A DNA stretch of 64,000 bases, taken from Cyanophora paradoxa CCMP329. Its lineage: Eukaryota > Plantae > Glaucophyta. The notes beneath the pieces were generated by a model. It searched no databases, was not told where the DNA came from, and was given only the letters and a program-made list of their open reading frames with translations. Below are positions 12,955-24,500 of the stretch, piece after piece. The stretch is taken from the NCBI GenBank assembly GCA_004431415.1, contig QPMI01000420.1, positions 186,001-250,000 of the forward strand. The letters are read 5' to 3'. The position numbers were made by a program, and so were the translations under genes. Within the stretch, counting starts at the first letter, position 1. The number at the start of each line of letters is the position of its first letter.

Positions 12955-13910
12955 CGCGCTCCTCTCGCCGGCTTCCCGGGTTTGTGAGGCCGCCGGCGGC
13001 TTCCCGCGCCGGACCCCGGAGCAAGTGGGGTACAGCAAGATTCGAGCTGGCTGTGGGCCCCCAACTGGCGTGCAGCTGCGGCAGCGATGCGGCTCAGGAA
13101 ACGGAAGCTTGCGGAGCCCAATGACCCAGCGCAAGAGCGTCCGGGGGCCGACCGCGACGCTCCCGCGACGAGCAGCGCTAGCCGCGAACGCCCGCGCCCG
13201 TGCGCCGCGCCGTCGGTCGCGCGCGATATGCATGCCAAGATCTGGAGCCGGTGGAAAGCGAGCTCAAATAAAATATATATTATAATTAATATGAATTCGA
13301 CGAGGCGGCCCACGCATGACCTGTTCGCGCTCGACCCCGCCAGCCGCACGCGTACGCCGCGCCCATGCGCGCCCGTGATCGTGATCATGAACATGATGCC
13401 ACTCAGGGCCTGCCCCAGTACTAGTGCTGGCGGATCCGGATCGCGCCCCGTGCGCAGTACTAGTACTAGTACTAGTACTAGTGGCACCTTAAGCTTGCGG
13501 CGATGTCGGGCAAGGCGGGGCCTCTCTTCCGCGCAATATGATTTATATAATTAATATAATTTCATGCTGGAGGCTTTGGACCGCACGCCGCGCGTACGTA
13601 ATATATACGCGGCTGCGGCTGCGGCCTTCTAGATCTGCGCGCAGGAATTGATTCACACAGGCTGCCGCAGTGCCAAGCTTATAACTTAGTAAAATTCTGG
13701 CATTCTGAATGAATACAATTCTCTAAAGGGCATTCTGCATTTAATTATAATATTGAGGGAAATTCGCTGCCCGGCCATGATGATCATGATCGAGGAAGAT
13801 GCCGCGCGCAGTGCCATGATGGATTATGTGATGATTATGTGGCCGTGGCCGTGCCATATGCATGTACATGTACATGTGGATGCCGATCATGATCACGATC
13901 ATGATCATAA

Positions 13911-14544
13911 TCACGAGCTGAGAGGTGCGCCTTCGTCGATATCGATGCCGGCCTGTCGGACGTACCATGGCAAGCGACTCAGTGAGTTTACGGATGCTGC
14001 TCACTGAGTTACGCCGCTCGATCAGAATTCGAACGCACTGAATTCGAAGTCTCAAACTGCGCGTCGATGTCTTCCAACTCGTCCTCGAACGCCGCGAGCA
14101 CCCCGTCCACCGCATCCCCCGCTGCCTCTTCCAAGTCGTCCACGGCGAGCGTCTGCCGGATTGAATATTCGTCATTTGCTCGTGCATGCGCACGTGCATG
14201 CACAAACATCGATATCAATCTAGAGCTTGAAGTTGAAGCTGAAGGGGCCCGGGGTCCGGATCCCGGCCGCGGCCCGGGCATACGCATGCATGCGCACGCG
14301 CACCATGTTCTCCTGGTCGAGCTGGATCGCCTTGCATGTCTGGCCGGGCCCATTGTTGATCACCGCCACGCCTTTCAGCGTCTTGCACGCGGCGTTGCTC
14401 GCAGCCGTATCGATGAAGGTCTTGCAGGCCTTATCCGCTGGTCACGGGCCGGGTCAAATCCAACGCATACGCATGTCAGCATTTGGATGGATATCGATAC
14501 GATCACGCACCATAGCAGTTGAGCGTCGAATTGTTGCCGCCCAT
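13911..14544 (-). CDS. Small (~107 aa), 4-exon hypothetical protein with N-myristoylation motif, 4 Cys and an acidic C-terminal half
   Basis: Three phase-compatible GT-AG introns give MGGNNSTLNCY|ADKACKTFIDTAASNAACKTLKGVAVINNGPGQTCKAIQLDQENM|TLAVDDLEEAAGDAVDGVLAAFEDELEDIDAQFETSNS|AGIDIDEGAPLSS*. Confidence 0.7.
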
Positions 14545-14899
14545 CTTCAGAAATAGAACTTCGGAAGGCTTCTGCTCTTTAAATTTGGCAGCCTGCAGAC
14601 AACCGACCTATACGTATACGTACTAGTACGAGATCGATGAAGTTCGAGCTCAGCAAGCTAAAGACAGACTGGGATCCGGACCTCAGGCCTGCGCGCGCGT
14701 GCTGCGGTGGGCCTGATGTTACAGTGATGTATCGATAATTATAATACGTATACGTGTACAGATTCGAACGCTCGTGCGCACCCGGCACCGTAGTAGACCG
14801 TACGCGTGGCACGTGCACCGTGGTTCGTGGGCCGGGCTGGGCCGCAGCCTGGCCCTGCTTAGGGACCCTGCTGCCGCAGTGCTGCCTGCAGCTGGGCGG

Positions 14900-15400
14900 T
14901 AGGGCTGGGTTCAGTCACCGTCAGTCAAAGTCAGAGGGTCTGACTGACCCGACTGAGTCACCAAATTGGCCGACTGAGGTTCTCTCAGTCCCATACAAAA
15001 CCCTGCTGGGAGCGTGCCCCCCTGTGGGCTTTTTCCATCTGAAGCTCGACGTGGATCGACCTAAAAAGGATCTTCTGTCGTCTTTCCTCCAGAAAAACAA
15101 CGCAATCTGAACAAAACCGCCCGCGCTAATGAGGCTAACGGCGTCTGACACCTGACGGGGGCCGAATTCCTTTCTTCAGTGTTCTTTGCTCGCCTAATCT
15201 CCCCCTACTGCCCGCGCACAGTATACGTACTTGGCAACTTAGATGGATCGCATCTAGATCTGGGTCATTTCCCGGTCATTTTCCTCAGTTTTTGCCGCAG
15301 TGCACGGTAGCCTGACTGAACCTCGGGTTGACTGATTCAGTCACAGTCAGGGGGGCTGAGCGACTGGGTCAGGGCTGGAGCCTGACTGAACCCAGCACTA
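14900..15400. mobile_element. Non-autonomous hAT-type MITE, 501 bp
   Basis: TIRs tagggctgggttcagtca / tgactgaacccagcacta (17/18 match). Exact 8-bp TSD ctgggcgg at 14892-14899 and 15401-15408. Subterminal cagtca/tgactg repeats at both ends. Confidence 0.92.
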
Positions 15401-16359
15401 CTGGGCGGCGCGGCCGCGGGCCGCGAGGGCCCGCGGGGCCGCGACGTCCGACGCGTACGGTCCGACGGTCGAGCCGGGTCGACTCGACGGCGATCCGAGG
15501 CTCGGCGAGCTCGAGCCCGGCGAGGCGGCCGGCCGGCGCCGCCGCGGCCGGCCGGCGCCGGGCCGCCCGGGCCCCGGGGGGGCCGCGGGGGCCGCGGGGG
15601 CTGGCCTAGTAGGTACTAGGTAGTGGCCTACTAGGCTAGTAGGAGCCTCCGGGATAGCGCGATCGTTCGAGACTCGCGAGTGCACGCAAACGATTCGATT
15701 CGATTTCTTTCGACTTTTCTTTCATTTTTCTGACATCTTGTAAGTTGTAATCTTTCAATGTTTTTTTTGAGAGACTAAAGCTAGTATTGGCTACCGACGT
15801 CGACTACTAGAAACATGCAAGATGATGCAACACTGTGACACTTCCGAAGTTCAGCATATATAATGCGCGCGTTTTCTAGGAAATTCTATAGCATCGATAT
15901 CTAGCTGCTGTCAAAACGCATTAAATTGGGGGCGCATTAATATCAAGACGCCAAGAAACTGCTATAGCTATGTACCGGTACTCCCCCGCCCTACCGCAGC
16001 CAAAAATTAAAGCTTCAACACGCATTAATTTGGTGCCGCATTATAATATTAATAGCCGCTGAGCCACGCGTAGGGGCTTCCATTGGGCTTCCAAGTTCCA
16101 AGCTTGACCTCATGTGTTTCGAAACTCACAGACCTCGATGTTTTGGGAAAGCGCCTAGCTATAGAAGCGCACCAGTAGACCAAACCTCTCTCCAGAGTCC
16201 AGACTCCAGACTCGCCCACCGCCTACTAGCACTCTAGTTACGAGTCTAGTAGCCAAGTAGTAGGAGTCTCCGAGATCGATGAATGCAAATCGGATTGTCT
16301 CCTAGCTACCACTCTCATTGTGACTCGAACCCGAGACGGGGCTCGGATCCGTAGTGGGG

Positions 16360-18004
16360 GGTAGGGTCAGCGAGTAGTACAGTGTGAGCGTCCCCGGCCC
16401 CTTCCACTGCAGAGGCGCGCGTCGCCGGAGGCGGGGGCCATCGGGGATGGGTACAGCACCGCTTCGACCAGGTCGCGGAGCGGCGTACTCGATTCCGAGG
16501 CGGGGGCGAGGCTGGACTCGGGGGTAGCGGCGGCCTCGCCGAACCAGAGGACCAGGTCCGAAAGGGGGGTACCCTGAATTTCTTTCGTTAAGCTCCGCGG
16601 GGTGCGCAGCTTCGGAAGGCGGCGCTCACGGGGGGGCACAGGGGGGCGACGGCAGCGGTAACAGGGGCAGCAAGGGAGCAGAGGAGTTGGGAGGGATCGT
16701 AGCTGCGCGGGAGCGGGTACGTCATTCAAATGGCGAAGGGGATATACGGGGCGGTGGCGGGGGCAGGGGTACCCGATGGAGGGTTCAGGGAGGCGGGGAA
16801 GGCGGGTCTCAGAGGGGTGGGGGTACAGGGGGATCTCGTGGAGGCGCTGCGAGAAATCGGATCAGAAGAAAGAGAGGGGGGGGGGGGGGGGCAGGAGTTG
16901 CGGCGGGGGGGGGGGGGGTAAAGCAAGGAAATGGACGAGGGCCGCACGTCGCTGGCTGGAGCGGCGCCGGCTCCCCTCCCGAGGCGGCGGGCTCGGAGGC
17001 GGGCGGGGCCGCGGCTGCGGGGCGCGTCAGCTCGGGGGCGGGCAGGGCCGGCGGGCAGGGCCGGCGGGGCGGGCCTGGTTCGCCCCGGGACCCGTTCTCC
17101 ATCCGCCGGGCCTTGGGGCGGCTCGGGGCTGGCGACTCGTCCCCGTCCTCCGCCGGCGGGGGGCTGGGGCTGACCTCCGCCCGCCGCCGCGGGGCCGGCG
17201 CCAGCCGCCGTTGCTGCTCCTCGCACGATTTCAGCAGGGCGCGGTAGTGTGGCGAATTCGCCAGGATCTCCTTCAGCTGCGCCTGCTGCATCTGCGGCGG
17301 AGGCGAGGGCTCGAGTAGGCGCCAGCGCGGCGCCTGACCGGGCAGAGGGCCCGAGGCGGCTTCGTTCGCACCGCCTCGTGCTCGGCTAGATTTGGGTAGA
17401 ACGCGCGAATGAGCCCGGCGAATTGCGGGTCGGGTCGCAGAGAGCGTTTCGAGACGATCCGGACGCGGCACGTCGGGCATTCCTTGATGCTGCGGCGGCG
17501 CGGCGCTCGGCGCGGGCGGGAGGGAGGGCGGGAGGGGCGGCCGCGGGCGGCCCGCACTTGGCGCGGATCGCCCGGTTGATGCATTCAGCGCAGAAGCGGT
17601 GCATGCACTCCATCACGGAGTACGGGTTGTCCATGATGCTGCCGAGCGCGACGAGGTCAGCGGGGCACGCCTTTCGAGAGCTCCGCAGGCACGCGCCTGA
17701 GACATATGGGGCACGTGAGCTCGATGTCGATCGCTCGCTGGCCCACGGTGACCACGCGGTCCGCCTGCTCGGGCACAACCGGGCGCGCTAGGTCCCACTT
17801 CGTGAGCTCTGCAAGTCGGCGTGCACGAGCTCAGCAGGCGTGATATCTGCAGCGCTCGAGGCCGGCCGACGCACCGAGTGTGCCGATCACGTTTCCCGAG
17901 GGCGAAGCGGCCGTCACTTTCTGCGAAGGGGCGCCAAGCGGCTCGCGTCCGCCGTCCTGCGATCTAGGCGAGCTCGCCGGCGCCACCGCTGGGCTCAACT
18001 CCAT
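16360..18004 (-). CDS. RING1: RING1/Sce-like PRC1 E3 ubiquitin ligase (N-terminal C3HC4 RING, probable degenerate RAWUL C-terminus)
   Basis: Spliced [10 protein letters not shown]...[66 protein letters not shown] closely follows the RING1 signature ([32 protein letters not shown]). The 3' region has LYPHP..LPRL and LTLYYS but carries frameshifts. Start and stop are approximate. Confidence 0.85.
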
Positions 18005-18517
18005 CTGCGGGCCAAAGTGCTTTGCCGTTCTTTGTGCGTACCCCCTCAGCGACAGCCTCAGAGCCTCTGTCAGCCTGTCGACATCAGTACTAGTGAGCTT
18101 GGCGCCCCTATGTTCGGATGCCGTGCTGACGCGTTAGCTGCAGTCAGTAGCTTGTACACGCGTTAGCGCAGCGCTTTCCCCTCCCGAAGCACGCGCCACG
18201 TCCGAGGGCCGGGGTTCCGAGCGGCGCGACCCAGCGAAGCGCCCATCAGCTGGCCGTACAAGACTTCTCCTGACATATATGCACACCAAAGCGCCGTCAT
18301 TGGAGCTCTGGAGCGGAGGAAGCCACAATAGCGAAGTCGACATCTGTAGCTAGCGCGCTTCACGCCGCGCCCGTCGATAGATGCGTCGAAGATGCAGCTT
18401 CACACCTGCGGGCTCCGATGCACTCGCCGGAACACAAGCGGCAGCAGCAGCACGCTCCGGCGCCTCTACAGCGGCAGCGGCGACGATCCGCGCGCGCGCG
18501 GGGTCCAGCCTTTAGCC

Positions 18518-21500
18518 ATGGAGCGCTTGAAGAGCTGTTCGATCGGAGGCGGGCGCCACGCGGCGAGGCGTCGCCTCCGGCGCGATGGCGCTCTGTCCTT
18601 GCTTCTCCTAGGCTTGCTAGCGCTCCTCGCCGCGCAGATGGGGCACTGCCAGTCCCGTGAGCGCCTCTTGCTGCTCTGCCTCCAATCGCTTCCCTCTCAC
18701 TACCCGTGGTGGCAGCACCGCCCTGCGTCCTGGACGAAAGCGATCCCAGCGGGGCGTTCTATCGTTGCGAGCCCGGGGAGGACACGGGCTCGTGGGTCCT
18801 GGCTTTCGACGCGCAGAGTTCCCACACTTCCGACCGTCCGGGGCTGTTCGTCCGCCCCGCCCCTCGCGCGCCTCCGGCCGCTCACCAGGCGCCCGCCGCT
18901 CAGGATCCTCGCCGGCTCGCCCCTGATCCTCCACTTTCTTTCCCTATCGATGCCGCCGGACTCCGAGGTAAGACGCGCGTGCGGAAGCGCGCTCGGCGGG
19001 CGCCCGACGCCCCGGCCCGCGACCGCAGATCCAAGTCCTGGAGTGGCTGCAGGCCGACTCCGCGGCGAGGCTCCTCGGCTCCGCTCAGGCGGGGCGGCCC
19101 GCGCCCTTCTCCATCCTGGCGCCGGAGGCCTCCGACGGACTGCGGATCAGCTTCGTGGTTCCGGAATCCGCGGTGGGATCCCGCCACGAACTCTCGATCT
19201 CCTGGGAGAAGGGGCCCGCTCTGGCGGGTTCGCCATTCGCTCTTCATCGCCCCCCCCCCCACCCCCCCCCCACCCCACCCCCCCCCACCCACCCCCCACC
19301 CCTACCGCCCCCTCCCCTCCCTACCGCCCCCCCCTACCGCCCCCACCCTACCGCCCCCCCCCCCCCTCCGCCCCCCCCTCCGCCCCCCCCTCCGCCCCGC
19401 CCCCCCCCACCCAACTCTTACGCAACCTCAGACATCGGGTATTCCGTTCCCCTCCCCCCCGCGGGGGGTACGCTCTCCCTCCGCGGCGGAATGCGGTACC
19501 CGGTCTACTCCTCCCCTTCGTGGTGCGCGGGACCGGCAATGTTTCCCGCCCGCATCTTCCGACCGTCCGCAGGGTGCTTGAGGCCCCGGCGGGCGAGACG
19601 GGGGCGCTCATTCTCGTGAGCAACCTAGAGATGTCGATCTTCGATCAGCTAGAGGTACCCTGCCGCGCCCCTCTGGCTCCTGCCGCGCCCGCCTGATCCT
19701 GATCCTTCGGCCATTTTTGCAAGGTCGATGCGACGGCTGGGAGTCAGGCGGCTTCGACGACGCTGATGCGAGGCCCGATGTCAAGCGAGGCGCTCACTCC
19801 GTGCTACATATCGGGCGACGCCCTTGCCGTCCGTCTCCGAGCTCCTTGGCTTCGAATTCGGCGGCCCAGCCTCTAACGACGACCCAGATCACGCTTTCGT
19901 CGCGGGGCGAGGTCGTGGACGGGTTCGCATTCGACTACTGGACGGGGGCCGCGGCCGCGGAGCGCCTCGCGGCCGGTGCGTTCCGAGGTCGCACGGGGCG
20001 AAGCGCCAGACGCCCAACCCCCGCGTTCGTTCGCAGAGATCGCCACGGGGACGCAGCCGTGCGAGAATATCCCAGAGCCGATCACGCCGATTATGCCGCC
20101 TCTGTGGCCGGGGTACTGGCCGCCGCATCCGAACTGTACAGATAGTGCGCCGTTCCCGCTGACTTCCCTCTCCGCATCGATCGGCTGGTTATGACCGCGC
20201 CCACGCAGTCGTCCCCAAGTACCTTTCCCGCATCGAATCGGCCGGGTGCGCTTCCGCACACGCCGCCAGTTCATGCATCAACCGCCCGACGCATTCCTGA
20301 TTCCGATCGCGAGCGCCGCCGCAGCTTTCTTGTACCCAGCCCCGAGAACATCATCCACCTGACCGGCGAATCGGGCCTAAAGTACCTCAAAGCCTACAAC
20401 AGTGACGGGGAGAACGCGTACCTCGTGTAAGCGCTCTTGCTCGCTCGCTCCACTCTGCGCGTTGCGTTCAGTCATGACCGCGTTCAGTACTCTGGCGGTG
20501 CCGGCGCCTGCGTACATTGATCCTTTCGTGAGCCATTCGCTGTCTTCTGTTTGCACGCTCTGACGTTCTCTCAGTTCTTCAACTATCTCGACTCCTCCAC
20601 TTTCCTGGGTGGCTTGGTCAGCTCCAGTACTAGTCCTCTCTCAACTAGAGGTGCCAGTCGCAAGCACCCATGATCACTCTTGTCCCGCAGATTCAAGTCT
20701 GGTCCGATTGTGGGGACACGTCGGCACAACCACCAATTCAGTGTGATATACGGTACGGTTGCATCTCTTTTTTTGATAAAAAAGATTCTCGATAATATTT
20801 CGATCGCTGACTGCCGATGTAGGACGTATCTCAGGCTCGACCAAGAGTCCTGCGAAGAGTCGATTCCCTACGAGAGGTTCTTCGTCATATAGTGCGCCTT
20901 TGCTCTGTTTTCGGGCTGTGCTTCGCTCTGAAGCGCTGCAGCGCGCGGTGGGACGGCCAGAGGGACCCGTTCGGCCAGGAGCGGGATGACGGATTCGGCT
21001 TGTCGTGGTACGAAGTCTCTAGCGGCGACGGCCCGGCGGACGGTGCCAGCCCCCTTTTCTTTATACCAATAGTTACTGGACGCTTCGCACTTTAATTCGC
21101 CCGCTCCCTCGCGCTACGCACGATCACAACCTTCGCAGGGGTCGTCTTCACGGACTTGTACGGACACTTTGGGACCTGCACGTGGAATACCAGCCTCTTG
21201 ACCTGCGACGGCGTTTATCAGGATTCCAAAGATTACATATGGTTCGCGGCTCCAGGATCCCGGATACCGTTTCTCTTGGCCATGTTTAGTGTGAGCGGCA
21301 GGCGCGTCATTCTGCCACCAGAGTACATAATCCGAGCCAACGTCGTCCACTTCAACGTGCGGCGCCCGCGTGCTCCCCAACGAATTTGAACGCATGCTGC
21401 GTTTCTAACACCGCCTCATGATCATGATCATGATCAGACCGAAAGCACGTATGACTTGGCCTATGCATACGATTCTAGGGTGGCCGACCCCGCGAAAGTG

Positions 21501-24500
21501 GTAGGTTTATGCTTCGCTTTTTTGCCGCTTCGAATGAGCTGTGCATCCAGTTCAGCAACTTTGACGAAATGTCGGGAGATCAGCGCAACAAGCTCCCCAT
21601 CCTTGTGCGCTCTGCGGAACTTCTTTTTGTATTGAAATACGCCTGCCCACGCCCCCGCAGCTTCAGACGACCCGGAACACTCTGACGATCAGGCTCAAGA
21701 CCGATGGAAGCGTCGACAGGTCCGGAATCTACGTCGTGTACGAGGGAGTTTACAACAGAGTCGTCCCGTCGGTTCCGCCGCCCTTCGGCGATGCGTCCGG
21801 CTGCTCTCCGAACGGCCTCACTCGTGCTGGTGCCATATCCTCTTGCTCATACACTCCGGACGGGTCGGAAGCCTTGTACGACGACGATGCCTCGAAAGAG
21901 TGGTGTGCAGGACCTTCGCGCTCTAATTGCAGCCTCGAGCATTAGCCTCAGACGATCGCAGGCTGATCGCGCCAGCAAGTGGCGGGCCGATCACGATTAC
22001 GTTCGAGCACTTCGCAGTGCAGGTTCGGCGCAGCTCACCGCGTGCTTCGCGCCTTTCTAACGCCGCCCAGCCGTACGCTGGCGACCGCCTCCGCATATTC
22101 AACAACGAGACGGGGCAGCTTCTGTTCTCGGAGCCGAGCTACTTTCCCACGCGGCCCTATTCGAACGGATTCACGACGCCAGCGGGTGCGCATGCGCCGC
22201 TCTCAGGGTCAATTGCTATCTTTGTCTGCGCGAGCATGACCTTTTCGCAGCGATCACTGCTCAGACTGGACGCCTGCTAGTGCGCTGGATCACGGACGGA
22301 ACAGCAACCCCGGACTTTCGTGAGACGGGCTTTCGGCTCTCCTGGCGTGCCGGCGAGGGTTCGAGAGACGCCGTCCGCTGCTTCAAAGCTTTCGCTCATT
22401 CCACGCGGCACAGCTTCCACAGGGGCTGAGGGCACCATCACCCTAAACGAGCGGCCGCAGTACCGCGATTGGCTGATCGCGCCTAGCGGTAAGTACTAGT
22501 GCCGATGAGATTGAGCTGACTGGCACTCCGCGCTCGCTCACGCCAGCCAGATCGGTACGTGCTCACGGTCGGTACGGGCGCCGACGTGCTTCTCGACCCT
22601 GCCATCGATACGCTCCGCATCTACGCGAGGCGCGACGGCTTGCATTGCGTGAAGGCTTACTATTTTCTGACTCCGTTAACGCCTACTTCGATGAAGCAGA
22701 TCTGCGCCCTTTGGTACGCCCCTGTACGATTCGTCGACTGTATCTTCAGTGGGAATCGTGCGTGCTTTTCAATGTCGCTGTCTTGCGATGCTCTTATCGT
22801 GACTTCGCATAAGATTCCGTTCTACTTCACGGGAGCCGACGCGATCTTCGTCGTCTTCACGAGTAATCTGACGCAAGGCGACGCGCCGCCGGCGGTGGCT
22901 GCAAGCCTCTCTCTCCCCTGGGTCCCAGCGTCCTCCTTCGTGCATTTCGCCACCCACACCGACCCGGGAACGCTGGAAGCTTCCCTCATCTTCGGCATCG
23001 CGGCAACAAGCCTGCCCTTCGAGCCCATCCGCGTCGGCTGGTGCCGCCAACCCGTGAACGCTTCTCTCGCGCGAGTTTAGAACGACGGGACGCCGCAGGT
23101 CGCTCCTCTCGCAGACGGAATTGACGATAATGACCATCCAACGGGCCTCCTTGGGCCTCGGGGACGAAATCAGGGTGCGCGCTTGCTTGCACCCCGCACG
23201 GCGCGCCGTTCGCGCTCCTGTTCCTGAATCGACGTCCGGCGTTCGTCGTCCAGGTTCTGGATGCGTGGGACGACGGCTCCGCTTCTCTCCGCCTGGCCGT
23301 GTACAGCAACTCCACGCTGCCAGCGGCCACGCTGCCCCGGGCCCCCTCTCGCTCCCGCGTGGAGGTTCGGCAGTTGCAAATTCGACAAAGCTTCTCCACG
23401 GCTTATCTCCTCCTCTAGGTTGTCCCGAAGTTAGACTCCAGCCGCACGGTGGCCCTCGTGAACATATCCTACGCGTTCCGGCCGGCTGCCGCTGCCGGTT
23501 CGTGGTTTCACGATTCTCGTTGCGGGCTGCAGCCAGAGCGGCGGCATTGACATCGAGCCGCAGGGCTCTGCCAAAGCCTGGATCAGTGCCCTCTCGCGGA
23601 TCCCAGCGGTAGCGTCACTCTGAGGAAGGAATCGTACCCCTTGCTCTCGACTATTTCGTGGCGCGTGGCACCGCAAGCTCCTGCCAGCGGCGCGCTCGTC
23701 GTTTTCAACACGCTCGAGACTTCGATCGTCGATGAGCTTCTCGTTCGTCGACTCCACCCCGCACCGCGCCGGGTTTGCTGAATTGAATATTGTCTCTGGC
23801 AGGTCACGTCGTCAGCTGGTGGCGTGGAATCCGCGACGGCGATGCGCGGGCCTATGTCGAGCGAGGCGCTGACGCCGTGCTACGTCTCGGGCGACTCTCT
23901 CACGGTTGGTTTCGACTTCGCCTCGCAGGCATTGCGCCTTCATGCTATGCTGCCGGACAGGTTGCTATGACTTCCCGTGAGACCGGCGTGGATGGGTTCA
24001 GCTTCGACTACTGGACGGGCGATGCTGCCACACAGCGCCTTGCTGAAGGTGAGTTGATTTAGCGGCGTCGGACTCGTGCGCTTCCTCTGACCTTGTCGGG
24101 ATCAGTGCAAGCTGCAGAAATGCAGACCTGCATGCACGTGGCTGCTCCCGTCTCCCCCATCATGCCTCCCCGCTGGCCCGGGTATCGACCGCCGAACTGC
24201 ACGGACGGTATGTCTGCTTGTGATTGGCTGGTAGCGATTGCCATGCTCATCGAGTGCGCAGTCTATGCCAAGTTCTCCGCTCGCATGCGAAGCCGAAACC
24301 CGAAGTGCGCTTCCGATTTTTCCCGGATCTTTGTGTGCAGTGCGATAGAGTCTAAATCTCTTCTTGCAGTCTCCCCATTCCCCCTGAAGATAAGGTGATG
24401 CACTTGTACGGCGCGTCTGGCCAGCACAGCATCATCGCGAACGCCACAAGCCCCACCGGGATGGCCGCCTTGATGTTCGAGCTTTGTTCGAAAACATTCC

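Noticed and set aside
999-13233. Many long overlapping Arg/Pro/Gly/Ala-rich ORFs on both strands (e.g. 2730-4571 +, 10651-13233 -)
   Set aside because: These are expected from stop-codon scarcity at very high GC; they read through introns or are antisense to spliced genes.
15401-15645. GC-rich quasi-palindromic tract ending in cctagtagg...cctactagg, a possible Helitron end
   Set aside because: No convincing terminal structure, 5' end or second copy.
15910-16060. Two degenerate direct repeats containing cgcattaa
   Set aside because: Only two short diverged copies with no assignable function.
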